Shown here in pieces: positions 34,401-34,713 of a stretch of DNA of 34,713 nt (position 1 is the first letter of the stretch; each line of letters opens with the position of its first letter). The stretch is from positions 1 through 34,713 of the IMG/VR virus record IMGVR_UViG_3300017766_000331; one strand, 5' to 3'. A program made the position numbers and the translations under genes. A model generated the notes under the pieces. It saw nothing but the letters and a program-made list of their open reading frames with translations, was not told the DNA's origin and did no database searches. The stretch comes from a virus. Taxonomy: Duplodnaviria > Caudoviricetes.

Positions 34401-34713
34401 GCGGTGTTGATTGTCTTTGTGCCCGATGTGGCGGCGAATGTGTATGCTTGAGCGCCCGCTGTACGGGTCATTCCGGTAGAGGCTTTGAAATTTCCATAAA
34501 TAGTTATTGAGGAGTTGCCAAGAGTGCCTGCATATCCGGTGGGGTTTGTACCGTCAGTAAAGTCCAAATCTTTTACGCTGCTACCAGATGTAATGCCAAA
34601 AGTTCCTGTCCCCGCAGTTACTCTAAATGATATGCTGTTTGCTTCAGTGGCTGCGGTTGTTGTAATAGTTCTTGATGTTGCACTTGAGTTGGTGCAAATA
34701 ATCAAAGGCGTAC
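31481..34713 (-). CDS. Tail fibre / receptor-binding-like beta-repeat protein (5'-truncated by the window)
   Basis: More than 1074 aa, G/T/S/N-rich, with four copies of YG...FAAT..T.TITT.GVT.D....F.G.GG...L.D.LT. The frame is open to the window end. Confidence 0.75.
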   Translation of the reverse strand, partial: TPLIICTNSSATSRTITTTAATEANSISFRVTAGTGTFGITSGSSVKDLDFTDGTNPTGYAGTLGNSSITIYGNFKASTGMTRTAGAQAYTFAATSGTKTINTAGVTFDNPFTFNGVGGTFQLQATLTSGATRACTLTNGTLDLNGYTAMFGNFSSANSNIRTLAFGATGKLVLTGIGTITIYTTSTATNLTLTGSRRVEITGAAIAGGTRSISGGLVSTGGGSAANAVDFFISAGADSINLGTANRAYRTIDFTGFSGSTSVNVAPQLYGSLVLSSTMTVSGSSNIWVFAATDAQTITTNGVTLDASITFDGVGGTWDLLDALTAGATRTLTLTNGTFKTNGFSVSGGAFSSSNTNVRTLNLGASTVTLATSGTAWDITDPTNLTFTGGTSSLLFTGTTNTVTFQTGGLTYYNVTAPDSGYRFDVVGSSTFNQFTASNSSTLADKPVRFNTNQTFGTFTVTGASGNCRVLIFANPTIVGSQITLTATSASFVDVDFRDIAAAGAVIPWSGTRLGDYGNNTNITFGAGKTVYWNKVAGGNWGDNAWALTSGGATSTLNQPLGQDTAVFDNTGLTAGSTVVVGNYVAGGLNCSGLTNALIIQTDATYLAPGFYKDVVLSSAVSFTGTTNISFSSRATTQNVTSAGVNWACGVTFNATGTVVLVDNLTSDDASFTSGSINLNGKILACNTFSGTGTATRSIAFNAGNIAVAGNNATVWSCADLTNFSYTGTPTVNFTYSGSVGIRTIANGNTAGATESNVVDINVSAATDTFTFSTSSSFRNLIFTGFTGLTTLGNSSFIYGNVTLSAGLTISAGTGLSTFAATSGTKTITTNGVTIDRPLAFDGFGGSWQLGDALTMGATNGTLYFYRGTFSTANYAVTAARWYYDYITILGTVVFNLGSSTITLIGTQAIPWQMGNAGPLTVNGGTSNIVFNSTAAQASLNPGSNVNNTYYKVTQAGTNELVINYSITLNELQNTAQPTTISFVDGFTCTVDKFNVSGTAGNLVTLKSKTPGSQFTLAKRTGGKVLVSYCSITDSAATPAGYWFAPTSQGNVDGGNNTGWNFGSTGGVTSGFFPFF

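Noticed and set aside
31481-34713. Diversity-generating retroelement or invertible tail fibre cassette
   Set aside because: No reverse transcriptase, no TR/VR pair differing at adenines and no flanking inverted repeats were noticed. The repeats are diverged protein-level modules.

Overview
A 34.7-kb internal fragment of a tailed dsDNA phage genome with podovirus-like organisation. The host is Gram-negative, based on an embedded Rz/Rz1-type spanin pair. Two convergent gene blocks meet at a bidirectional terminator near 17,930-17,970. The + strand (1-17,927) carries early and replication genes: a DUF932-like protein, ADP-ribosylglycohydrolase, a tyrosine recombinase, ThyX, a T7 gp4-like primase-helicase, a family B DNA polymerase, a gp2.5-like SSB, a gp6-like exonuclease, a dATP/dGTP diphosphohydrolase-like protein, HNH and EndoVII nucleases, MazG, NrdA/NrdB, an Rmf-like protein, tRNA-Trp and many small coupled ORFs. 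The - strand (17,986-34,713) carries late genes: a truncated tail fibre, a lysis cassette and probable internal/ejection proteins of 1359, 461 and 1776 aa. The best lead is an ADP-ribosyltransferase-like H..S..ExE domain in a C-terminal module of the 1776-aa protein, bracketed by FAxGG motifs, in a genome that also encodes an intact ADP-ribose eraser. Other leads are a T-even gene 32-like pseudoknot before the SSB, a canonical EF-hand in a holin-like protein, a tRNA-Trp with tandem U-U acceptor mismatches, and repeat-bracketed small ORF cassettes. All functional calls come from motif recognition by eye; no searches were run.
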